Of a stretch of 64,000 nt of DNA, positions 31,120-39,630 are shown in pieces. The translations under genes were made by a program, and so were the position numbers. Positions within the stretch are counted from its first letter, which is position 1, and every line of letters begins with the position of its first letter. This DNA is from Armatimonadota bacterium (GTDB lineage Bacteria; Armatimonadota; HRBIN16). Location of the stretch: NCBI GenBank assembly GCA_963677485.1, contig OY781964.1, positions 3,456,001-3,520,000 of the forward strand, given 5' to 3'. The notes beneath the pieces are model-generated. The model was not told where the DNA came from, made no database searches, and saw only the letters and a list, made by a program, of their open reading frames with translations.

Positions 31120-32369
31120 CGTGTGCTATCCTTCTTCCATCCAAGAATGGGTCCAAGGACCAGTGTGCTAGTATTGAGTAACCGGGCCCTGTTGTGCTCA
31201 CGATCGGTGAATATCGCGGTAGTGGGTGTTGGTATCTCCATGTCGTACTTCGGGTATGCGTTTGACATAATGATCTTCATTTCGTGAGTCCGGATGTCCA
31301 ATAACCAGTAGTCACATCCTTGCCCAAGTTTCGAGCGTAGTTTCAACAGCATCAGGCGTCCATCTTCGCTGACTGTGCCGATATGTACACCTTCTGATCC
31401 CTCGTAATACTGACTGTTATCGATATTTAAGATGGTCTTGACTTGATTTGATCTGTAGTTCCACTGAATGATTTGGCTGACTTGCTTCTGGCGATCAAAT
31501 GCTGTGGCCAACAGTGATTTGTTTGAACATACAGCCAAAGGCACTAAGGTATCCCATGATCCATGCTTCTTGATATCGAGAGTGTAGCTGTGTTTTGTTT
31601 TCAAGTCGTTCAGCACCAAATATCCATTTTCTGCACATGATGCTTGGAGGGAGCGATCCGATGATGTGATACTTTTGGGCATGTCCTGCGTTCTAATCCC
31701 ATCGTTGGACAAGTGTGCAACAACAGTCGTAAATGCCCAGATTATGCAAGCTGCTGTGGCGAACTGGAAGATTACAGGCCATCGAGTCTTGCGTTTTACT
31801 GCTTGTGTTAACGAGATATATAGTATTACACTGCTGGTAATGGCTATGTTTAATGACGATAATGCGGGAAATGCCACCGTATGTGATGCATCTCCATAGT
31901 AGTAAATATTGTCAGTTCCTAACATTATTACCAGCGTCGTTATTATGGCAGGCAACCAGGGATGCGCCCATATGCCAAGTGCGTACCCTGTTACCCCGGC
32001 CGAGATGATCCATACGAGCAGGAAACTCACTAATACGCTGATTGGACATTCGAAGGGGATGTATAAACACCGCGATAATGCCAGGGCAGAGATGGCCGTC
32101 CAGATGATCACGAATACGATAGATGGGATTTTGTATGATATGGTGGAATCTCCAACGATGAAGCTATCTCGTTTCCCTCGTCCGGCCGCCATGGTGGTGA
32201 ACACATAGACGAGTATCCATAATATCACCATGTTTATCCAGCTTACCATGGCTTCCGTAGACTGAAAGAGTAGTAGTGCCGCCACCCCAACCGCCAGCAC
32301 CGAGGCCCAGCGCTTCCAGTCCTCGCGCCAGACCTTCCAAAACAGCCGTCCGAAAATGCTCCAGCTCAT
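31116..32369 (-). CDS. ABC permease-like membrane protein type B, cassette 3 (B3)
   Basis: Invariant 29-aa N-terminus; HPW, SKLG.G.DY and LGP..W motifs shared with the other B genes. Confidence 0.72.
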   Translation of the reverse strand: MSWSIFGRLFWKVWREDWKRWASVLAVGVAALLLFQSTEAMVSWINMVILWILVYVFTTMAAGRGKRDSFIVGDSTISYKIPSIVFVIIWTAISALALSRCLYIPFECPISVLVSFLLVWIISAGVTGYALGIWAHPWLPAIITTLVIMLGTDNIYYYGDASHTVAFPALSSLNIAITSSVILYISLTQAVKRKTRWPVIFQFATAACIIWAFTTVVAHLSNDGIRTQDMPKSITSSDRSLQASCAENGYLVLNDLKTKHSYTLDIKKHGSWDTLVPLAVCSNKSLLATAFDRQKQVSQIIQWNYRSNQVKTILNIDNSQYYEGSEGVHIGTVSEDGRLMLLKLRSKLGQGCDYWLLDIRTHEMKIIMSNAYPKYDMEIPTPTTAIFTDREHNRARLLNTSTLVLGPILGWKKDSTR

Positions 32370-32516
32370 TGCCCCTTACCTCCCGCCAGCGGTAGGATGC
32401 GGCGCTTGCCCGCGGGGTCGATGTAACCCACGCTCGTCTCTGACTGCCACCAGCAGTTGCGCACCCTGATCGGCTCCGTCAGCCACTTGGCGTGGCGGAC
32501 ATCGAGGACGCGGATA
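32278..32516. repeat. ~230-bp GC-rich cassette anchor repeat (A2 tail plus B3 head)
   Basis: Direct repeat spaced about 2.5 kb from its neighbours. Confidence 0.92.
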
Positions 32517-33616
32517 GGGTCGATATCACTGTATACACCTGAGCTGTATATGGCGTATTCTTTCGACTTTGAATGCATATAGCTCTCTTTGATTTTGCTA
32601 TCGGGAACAAGCTGAGACACAGGTTGGTGCTTTTCCGAGAGTGTGATGATTTCGATCACATCCTTGCCGTTTTGAGTCCTGTCGCAGATCAAGGTGTTTT
32701 CATCAAACCACGACACTGGGTATTGAAACACATGTTTCGCATGGATCTCTTGATCTGGCGAAGGGTGCCTGTTAGGGTTGGAGCTCACCAGATGCCAATT
32801 GTATTCCGGAGCTGTTTGTCCAGGTCGACTAATGGGTACCATGTAGACAACCTTTGCGCCGTCAGGGCTAATGTCCGCTATCTCTGCACGGTCAAGCATG
32901 TCATCACGCCTGAAGTTTGGTAAATGACCTATTGAAAAAATGAAAACTACCCAGATTACGGATATTAGGGCAAAACCTGTTCTCAACAGCCTGCTTCTGG
33001 AGTCCCACCGGCAGTACCTGTGTAACAACAGCATCAGTATGGGTGTTGCCAACAAGGCTCCCCATATTGGATAGAAAGTTATTGGAGTTTTGCCAGCCGA
33101 GTTTGGTAATAGCACAACCAGCAAGGCGGTAGGAAAGGCCCAGAGCAGCATGTGAAGATTCGTCTCGAAACGGCCAAACACAGAAAGCCCAAACCCAAAA
33201 CACCATGCAAGAAATGTGAGCCCCACCGCTTTGATCAGCCCATATTCCATACCATGAAGGCTGAGAAACGGCCGATATTCCGGCTGACATGCGATTAAGA
33301 ACACGACCAAGCTTAACAGTGCGGCCGCTATACTATAGACCAGTGCAAGCAATGCCTTTACATACATTAGCTTATCCAGATTGACAGCCATCGACGCTCC
33401 ATAATCAAACGCCCTGGTCTCTTTTTCTCGGGAGATGGAATAGGCTCCAAACACCATAGAGACGATCGCCGGCAGCAATGCCCAACCTGTCGTGCAGTCT
33501 ATGCTTCCAAGAAATGTGTAGGATGTGCCTATTGCGACAATCAACATGGAGCTCAAACATAATACGAGCCCGTATATCCAGCTCTCGTGGTGCTCTTTCC
33601 ACAGCAGACGTTTCAT
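32366..33616 (-). CDS. ABC-2-like permease type A, cassette 2 (A2), close paralog of A4
   Basis: Colinear with A4 at an offset of exactly 5000 nt, with long identical nucleotide stretches. Confidence 0.75.
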   Translation of the reverse strand: MKRLLWKEHHESWIYGLVLCLSSMLIVAIGTSYTFLGSIDCTTGWALLPAIVSMVFGAYSISREKETRAFDYGASMAVNLDKLMYVKALLALVYSIAAALLSLVVFLIACQPEYRPFLSLHGMEYGLIKAVGLTFLAWCFGFGLSVFGRFETNLHMLLWAFPTALLVVLLPNSAGKTPITFYPIWGALLATPILMLLLHRYCRWDSRSRLLRTGFALISVIWVVFIFSIGHLPNFRRDDMLDRAEIADISPDGAKVVYMVPISRPGQTAPEYNWHLVSSNPNRHPSPDQEIHAKHVFQYPVSWFDENTLICDRTQNGKDVIEIITLSEKHQPVSQLVPDSKIKESYMHSKSKEYAIYSSGVYSDIDPIRVLDVRHAKWLTEPIRVRNCWWQSETSVGYIDPAGKRRILPLAGGKGQ

Positions 33617-34860
33617 CTCTTGTCATCTCCTGTCCACTTTATAACAGGTCCTAGACTCATGGCATCTAGTCGAAGAATTCTGGTTGTTTTACGATGGTCA
33701 TCCAAAAACGTGGCGATCTTCGGGCTGCGGAACCCCATTTCGTAAATGTTGCTGTCATTAGCCATGATCATCTTCGTGGTGCGTGTTGGTATATCGATAA
33801 CCATGTAGTCAAAACCATTACCGAGTTTTGATTTGAGCCTGAGTAGAAGATATCTTCCATCATCACTTGAAGTGTGGAATATGGCACGGCCAGACTCCAT
33901 GGAATAGTCGTACCGATGACTATTGATAGCGATGATGATAGATACATCGTTCTTGATGTAGTTCCAACGGACTATACTCGACTCGGCCTTCTTGCTGTTC
34001 AATGCGATCGCCGAAACAAACTGATCGCGTTGAATGCCTACAGGAATCACTCGGTCCCAACCACCCCACTTTTTGATGTTTAATTTGTAGGAACGCCCTG
34101 TCCGGTAGTCACTGAGTGTGGCGACCCCCTCTGGTTCCTGCGTCACTTCTAACGTTTGATCCGCCGTGATTTGATGCCCATACTGCCCCAAATGCTCACG
34201 GTCGTCATCAATCACATAAGCCATCCCTGCCACAAATCCCCAGACCAGGCAAATAGTAAGTATGAGCTGAAGTATGGTCGGCATGCGCTTGTGCAGGCGT
34301 GTTGATAAAACAAGAGATAAGGTGGCGATTACCACGCTCACAGCTGCGATGTTGGCTATTCCTAGCTCTGGGAGTGAGGGTTCATAAGGCAGACTGTTGT
34401 GATAACTTATATAGTCAATGAATGCCGCGATGAATGGCAGTGTTGTGATCATGGCTGGAAACCACGGATGTGACCATATACCCAAAGAGTAACCCAACAT
34501 ACCAGCAGATACGAACCAAGTCACCATGAATGCTGTGGTATATGCAAGAGAGCCTGTATGCAACTCGGGGAGACAAGCGAAAAAGACAAGAGCATATACA
34601 CTTGCCCATATGGTGATGAGAACAATGGACGGCAGTTTTTCATATATCGTTGTGGTCTCGATATTATTACAATCTCGTTTCCCCCGTATGGCGGCCATGA
34701 AACTAGACATGTATATAAACAGAATTGGTATCCCTGACACATTGATGTATCTCCGAGCGATGCATATAACCGCCACTCCCACCGCTAGCACCGACGCCCA
34801 GCGCTTCCAGTCCTCGCGCCAGACCTTCCAAAACAGCCGCCCGAAAATGCTCCAGCTCAT
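33613..34860 (-). CDS. ABC permease-like membrane protein type B, cassette 2 (B2), closest to B4
   Basis: Invariant N-terminus; shares PEGVATLSDYRTGRSY and IMANDSNIYEM with B4. Confidence 0.72.
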   Translation of the reverse strand: MSWSIFGRLFWKVWREDWKRWASVLAVGVAVICIARRYINVSGIPILFIYMSSFMAAIRGKRDCNNIETTTIYEKLPSIVLITIWASVYALVFFACLPELHTGSLAYTTAFMVTWFVSAGMLGYSLGIWSHPWFPAMITTLPFIAAFIDYISYHNSLPYEPSLPELGIANIAAVSVVIATLSLVLSTRLHKRMPTILQLILTICLVWGFVAGMAYVIDDDREHLGQYGHQITADQTLEVTQEPEGVATLSDYRTGRSYKLNIKKWGGWDRVIPVGIQRDQFVSAIALNSKKAESSIVRWNYIKNDVSIIIAINSHRYDYSMESGRAIFHTSSDDGRYLLLRLKSKLGNGFDYMVIDIPTRTTKMIMANDSNIYEMGFRSPKIATFLDDHRKTTRILRLDAMSLGPVIKWTGDDKR

Positions 34861-35006
34861 TGCCCCTTACCTCCCGCCAGCGGCAGGATGCGGCGCTTGC
34901 CCGCGGCGTCGATGTAGCCCACGGAGCGGTCGCTCTGCCACCAGCAGTTACGCACCTTGATCGGCTCCGTCAGCCACTTGGCGTGGCGGACATCGAGGAC
35001 GCGGAT
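34769..35006. repeat. ~230-bp GC-rich cassette anchor repeat (A1 tail plus B2 head)
   Basis: Direct repeat; a hand count gives 118/180 G+C over 34801-34980. Confidence 0.92.
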
Positions 35007-36122
35007 GAAGGGAGAACTATCCCATCCAATCGATTTCATTATGATGTAGTCACCTTTGACCGATGGTCGGATATCGCTGCTTCCTGAACCAAGGATTATA
35101 CTTGGAAGAGTATGCGCTATCGGATGGTATCTGTCTTGGAAAGTGATGACTCTCACGCACGGTTTGTATGCTGTCTCGAAATACTCAATAACCGCAGTGT
35201 TTGCCCCAATCCATGTTTTGCTATTATAACTACCATTTATGATGTTGGCGTTGTCGCATCGATATAACTTGTTGCCGTTGCTCGCGTCAGTAAATTGCCA
35301 GTAAGTGTTGGATGCTGAACGTTTGGACTGCTTCACGGTCACCAAAAAGAGGGCGACATGGCCGTCTGGGCTGACACATATGAGCTTAGGTTTACTGGAT
35401 GGATGGTTGATCATATAAGCCTGATGTCTTCCGAACAACATCGCTATGACAACTGACGCGATGACTATCAATACAAATCCCGGTTTGAGCAGTTTATGGT
35501 CTGAACGCCATCTGCACTGCCTGTGCAACAGGATGACAGCTGCAGGTGTGATCATTAAAATCCATGTTGGCCACAATATCCACCATGATCGAACAACTTC
35601 ATATGTGGCTATCGTTGGTACCAAGAATGCGACTAACATACCCCACATGAGCGTGTGTAGATTTGTTTCGAAGCGTGCAAAGATAGATAATCCGAAGCCG
35701 AAATACCAAGCCATCGAGTTGATTGCTATGGCCTGAAACAATCTAGTAACGAGCTCATGGGGATTGAGCAAATCTCTGTATTCAGGACGACATACAATTA
35801 GGAACACTATCAGGCTGGAAATAGCGGCTAATGCGTTATAGATAAGGGCAAGCACCGCTTTTGCCAGAACAAGGGTGTCTGGGTTAACCGTGTTGTATGC
35901 TGCAAAATCATGGGTTCTGCCTTCTTTTTCGTGTGAGATTGAGAATGCCCCAAACATCATGGATATGATGACGGGTAGCATGAACCAGCCAGTGATGAAA
36001 TCTATATGCCTTATGTATGTATATGCTGTCCCTATTACTACGATCAGCACGGAACTCGCACTTAAAGCAAGACCATATGGCCAGCTCATACGGTTCTCTT
36101 TCCACAATATGCGCTTCATCAT
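34857..36122 (-). CDS. ABC-2-like permease type A, cassette 1 (A1)
   Basis: MKRILWKE, ISHEKE, VSPDG, same conserved tail. Confidence 0.75.
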   Translation of the reverse strand: MMKRILWKENRMSWPYGLALSASSVLIVVIGTAYTYIRHIDFITGWFMLPVIISMMFGAFSISHEKEGRTHDFAAYNTVNPDTLVLAKAVLALIYNALAAISSLIVFLIVCRPEYRDLLNPHELVTRLFQAIAINSMAWYFGFGLSIFARFETNLHTLMWGMLVAFLVPTIATYEVVRSWWILWPTWILMITPAAVILLHRQCRWRSDHKLLKPGFVLIVIASVVIAMLFGRHQAYMINHPSSKPKLICVSPDGHVALFLVTVKQSKRSASNTYWQFTDASNGNKLYRCDNANIINGSYNSKTWIGANTAVIEYFETAYKPCVRVITFQDRYHPIAHTLPSIILGSGSSDIRPSVKGDYIIMKSIGWDSSPFIRVLDVRHAKWLTEPIKVRNCWWQSDRSVGYIDAAGKRRILPLAGGKGQ

Positions 36123-37402
36123 TTATGATCTCCTGTCCACTCAACAACGGGACCCAAGTTTGCGGTCTTTAGCTCTAGAATTCGAGTGGAATTCCGCTCT
36201 CGGTCGGTGAGTGTGGCGATTCCATGGTTGTTTACTTCAATATCGTATTTGGGACTGACATTAGCCAGGATAACCTTCAATATATTGGCTCGTATGTCAA
36301 TCAAGCAATAGTCACATCCTCTGCCCAGTTTTGTTTTCAACCTCATGACCACGTATCTGCCGTCATCGCTGGTGGTTCGAGGAGATTCTAGACCGTCGAA
36401 GTTGGACCGATACTCGTTCCCGTTGATAAAATACTGTCTATTGCCCAGGTCCATTAGTGTTGTTACTCGATTAGCCAGATAATCCCAGCGTATGAGGCTG
36501 TTCGTGTGAAGCTGCTTGTTGAATGCAATGGCCAGAACATACCGGTTACGACATATCCCTACAGGTATCGCCGCGCTCCAATCACCAAATCTCCTGGTAT
36601 TTATAGTGAAGGAACGTCCAGTCTTGCGGTCTTGAAGATATAGTAAACCTGCTGTTTTTTGGCGTGCTTCGAGTGTGTTATCATCTGAGGTAATGCGGCT
36701 CTTCGTGATATCCTGTGCACGATTCTCGCTGACTAGGCCGTATGCCGCAATAGCCCACAATATGCATAGGGCACCGATGAACTGGTAGCTGATCGGTATG
36801 CGCTTATTACATCTTGATGATAATGCAGATGCCGCGGCAACAATGATCACTGTGGCTACCGCCAAATTGAGTGCCGTAAATGCTGGGTATGGGATGTGGG
36901 TATGAAGTGTCAAGCTGCGTGCATAGTAGTTCTCGATTTCACATCCTACTACAGGTATTAACAAAATGGCTGAGAACCACGGATGTACCCATTGTCCGAG
37001 GACATACCCAATCAGTCCGGTTGAGACCATCAACAACATGATGAATGGGAACAATCCGCCATATGAACTCTTGGTCTCTAGATACAAGCTTAAAGATGGT
37101 AATATCGCGGATATGCTTGACCATATTACTATTAGCACCATAGACGGTGTTCTGTAGAAGGTCGCTATTGTATTCGCATCAAGACGATCTTTGTTACCTC
37201 GTACGGACGCAACAGCTATGCCGACAACCATGAAGATAAAAGCCGACATTACCACATAGGTATTTCGATCGCTATCGTCCAGAAGTGGGGTACTACTAAA
37301 AAATAGGTATGCCACCACCCCAACCGCCAGTACCGAGGCCCAGCGCTTCCAGTCCTCGCGCCAGACCTTCCAAAACAACCGCCCAAAGATGCTCCAGCTC
37401 AT
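36119..37402 (-). CDS. ABC permease-like membrane protein type B, cassette 1 (B1)
   Basis: Invariant N-terminus; ATGA overlap with the ATPase stop codon. Confidence 0.72.
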   Translation of the reverse strand: MSWSIFGRLFWKVWREDWKRWASVLAVGVVAYLFFSSTPLLDDSDRNTYVVMSAFIFMVVGIAVASVRGNKDRLDANTIATFYRTPSMVLIVIWSSISAILPSLSLYLETKSSYGGLFPFIMLLMVSTGLIGYVLGQWVHPWFSAILLIPVVGCEIENYYARSLTLHTHIPYPAFTALNLAVATVIIVAAASALSSRCNKRIPISYQFIGALCILWAIAAYGLVSENRAQDITKSRITSDDNTLEARQKTAGLLYLQDRKTGRSFTINTRRFGDWSAAIPVGICRNRYVLAIAFNKQLHTNSLIRWDYLANRVTTLMDLGNRQYFINGNEYRSNFDGLESPRTTSDDGRYVVMRLKTKLGRGCDYCLIDIRANILKVILANVSPKYDIEVNNHGIATLTDRERNSTRILELKTANLGPVVEWTGDHK

Positions 37403-38298
37403 TGCCCCTCCTCCGGTCCGCCGACCAGTGCCACAAAGATATCTTCCAGACTCATCTGTTGCACATCCATCTCCATCGGTTGGAGCGCACGCAGACGCTC
37501 CAGCAGCTCGGGGGAGCTCTTGACGGTCAGCACCGCCTGCCGACCGGTCTGATCACACTCCAGCACACCGGGCAGGGAGGCCAGATCTGCGGGCTGCTCG
37601 GAAAAGCTCAGCACCACCCGCTGCACGCCGTTCTTCAGCTCCTCAAGAGGGGAGCACCACACCATATGGCCGTGGTCGAGTATCCCCACCCAGTCGGCCA
37701 CGCGCTCCACCTCATGCACAATGTGCGTGCTGAAGAACACGGTGCGGCCCTGCTGCTGGATCATCTCAATCACTTCGCCCAGGAAGTCGCGCCGCACCAC
37801 AACGTCCAGACCGGCGGTGGGTTCGTCCAGTATCAGCAGCTCGGGGTGATGCGCCAGCGCCAGCAGCAGACCCAGCTTCGCCTTCATGCCGCGGCTCAGC
37901 TCGCGCACCTTCTTCTTGCCATCTAACCCAAGGCGCGTTTTGTGCTCCTCGGCCAGCGCGTCGTCCCAGTCGGGGTAAAATCCCTTGCAGAACCAGATGA
38001 TCTCATCCACCTTCATCCAGTCATACATCTGCTGGCCGTCGGCCACATACCCGATGCGGCTCTTGATCTGCCTGGATTTCTTCACGCTGTCCAGTCCCAG
38101 CAGCTTCGCGGAGCCGGATGTGCGGGGCAGCAGGTCCATCAGCATCTGAATGGTGGTGGTCTTACCCGCTCCGTTGCGGCCCAGGAAGGCAAACACGCTG
38201 CCCGCCGGCACCTTCAGGTTCAGGTGGTCCACAGCGGTCTGGTGGCCGTAACGCTTGGTTAAATCGCACGTCTCAATGGCGTAGCTCAATTCGCTCAT
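37399..38298 (-). CDS. ABC transporter ATP-binding protein (YtrB-like)
   Basis: Walker A GRNGAGKTT, signature LSRGM, Walker B LILDEPT, H-loop STH. Confidence 0.95.
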   Translation of the reverse strand: MSELSYAIETCDLTKRYGHQTAVDHLNLKVPAGSVFAFLGRNGAGKTTTIQMLMDLLPRTSGSAKLLGLDSVKKSRQIKSRIGYVADGQQMYDWMKVDEIIWFCKGFYPDWDDALAEEHKTRLGLDGKKKVRELSRGMKAKLGLLLALAHHPELLILDEPTAGLDVVVRRDFLGEVIEMIQQQGRTVFFSTHIVHEVERVADWVGILDHGHMVWCSPLEELKNGVQRVVLSFSEQPADLASLPGVLECDQTGRQAVLTVKSSPELLERLRALQPMEMDVQQMSLEDIFVALVGGPEEGQ

Positions 38299-38315
38299 GG
38301 TTCACTCCCTCTAAT

Positions 38316-38720
38316 CTACTTCGGCTCATCATGGCCGGATGATGTGTTGGTTGAAGATAGTCGCTGTTGGATGAGATCGATGAGTTCCTCACCGCTGACG
38401 TCCAGTTGGCTGGCATCACGCAGCAGGCGGTCGATGGCCTGGCTGAGGGTTTGGCGCGCGTAATCCGCGGCGACTCCCTTCACGCTTTCGGCGATGAAGC
38501 TTCCGGTGCCGTGGAGAGTGACCAGGATTCCCTCACCCTCCAACTGCTTGTAGGCCTTGCTGACGGTCAACGGGTTGATTTTCAACTTCAGCGAGGTCTC
38601 GCGCAGCGAAGGCAGACTGTCGCCAGGCTGCAGCACGCCGGTGGCGATGGCGTGCTTCACCTGCTCGACGATCTGCGCATAGACCGGTATAGAACTGCTG
38701 GTATCAACTACGAAAATCAT
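38316..38720 (-). CDS. GntR family transcriptional regulator, YtrA subfamily
   Basis: 134 aa; IPVYAQIVEQ, LPSLRE, INPLTVSKAY..LE.EG, GTGSF; short C-terminal domain; lies directly upstream of an ABC ATPase. Confidence 0.93.
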   Translation of the reverse strand: MIFVVDTSSSIPVYAQIVEQVKHAIATGVLQPGDSLPSLRETSLKLKINPLTVSKAYKQLEGEGILVTLHGTGSFIAESVKGVAADYARQTLSQAIDRLLRDASQLDVSGEELIDLIQQRLSSTNTSSGHDEPK

Positions 38721-38730
38721 GGCCCGCCAA

Positions 38731-38780
38731 CTGTGTTAGTGATGTATAACAGTATATATGGTGTTTTACCTCAATGTCAA
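38731..38780 (-). promoter_or_regulatory. sigma70-type promoter with an overlapping putative YtrA-type operator
   Basis: Minus strand TTGACA (38775-38780), N18, TATACT (38751-38756), then the imperfect IR CTGTTATA-CATCAC-TAACACAG (38731-38752). Confidence 0.7.
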
Positions 38781-38886
38781 GGGGTATGGTAGGAATTGTA
38801 AAATTCGGTGGGGCATCGCGTGCGGTGCCCATGTGCGCGCCTGCCATTCGTAGGGGCATCGCGTGCGGTGCTTTGGCTGGATTCGG

Positions 38887-39630
38887 AACCGCGGATGGAC
38901 GCAGATGGACGCGGATGGGACGGTGGACTGTCACGCGAAGACGCGAAGACGCGAAGGCGCGGAGGGATAGGGTGGTAGCTGCCTGGGAACGCCAATCTCC
39001 CGATTGGCCTCCGGTGAAGTGACGGGGTCACGCGGGGTATTTGTTTGAACCGCGGATGGACGCGGATGGGGATGGTGTACTGTCACGCGAAGACGCGAAG
39101 GCGCGAAGGGGATAGGGTGGTGGCTGCCTGGGAACGCCAATCTCCCGATTGGCCTCCGGTGTAGTTACGGGGTCATGCGGGGTATTTGTCTGAACCGCAG
39201 ATGGACGCGGATGGGACGGTGGACTGTCACGCGAAGACGCGAAGGCGCGAAGGGGATAGGGTGGTTGCTGCCTGGGAACGCCAACCGACCGATTGGCCTC
39301 CGGTGTAGTCACGCTGTCACGAGGGTATGTGTCCGAACCGCGCATCGACGCAGATGGACGCGGATGCGACGGTGGACTGTCACGCGAAGACGCGAAGACG
39401 CGAAGGGGATAGGATGGTGGCTGCCTGGGAACGCCAATCTCCCGATTGGCCTCCGGTGAAGTCACGCTGTCATGCGGGGTATTTGTCTAAACCGCAGATG
39501 GACGCGAATGGACGCAGATGGGGACGGTGGACTGTCACGCGAAGGCGCGAAGGCGCGAAGGAGATAGGGTGGTAGCTGCCTGGGAACGCCAATCTCCCGA
39601 TTGGCCTCCGGTGAAGTTACGCTGTCACGC
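38887..39630. repeat. five tandem copies of a ~145-155-bp composite REP-like unit
   Basis: GCCTGGGAACGCCAA..CCGATTGGCCTCCGGTG starts at 38981, 39126, 39270, 39423 and 39578; each unit also carries (ACGCGAAG)n and (GGACGCRGAT)n submotifs. Confidence 0.92.

Noticed and set aside
27375-33616. Diversity-generating retroelement TR/VR pair (A2 versus A4)
   Set aside because: Mismatches checked at 27511-27600 versus 32511-32600 involve all bases rather than adenines only, and no reverse transcriptase is in the window.
27220-38720. tRNA-integrated prophage/ICE, integron or shufflon
   Set aside because: No integrase or invertase, no att duplication, no attC-like sites; the array lies 5' of the tRNA and all cassettes share one orientation.
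38774-39575. Short Pro/Arg-rich ORFs
   Set aside because: They are translations of the noncoding tandem repeat on both strands.
38887-39630. CRISPR array
   Set aside because: The period is about 150 nt, the intervening sequences are homologous rather than unique spacers, and no cas genes are present.
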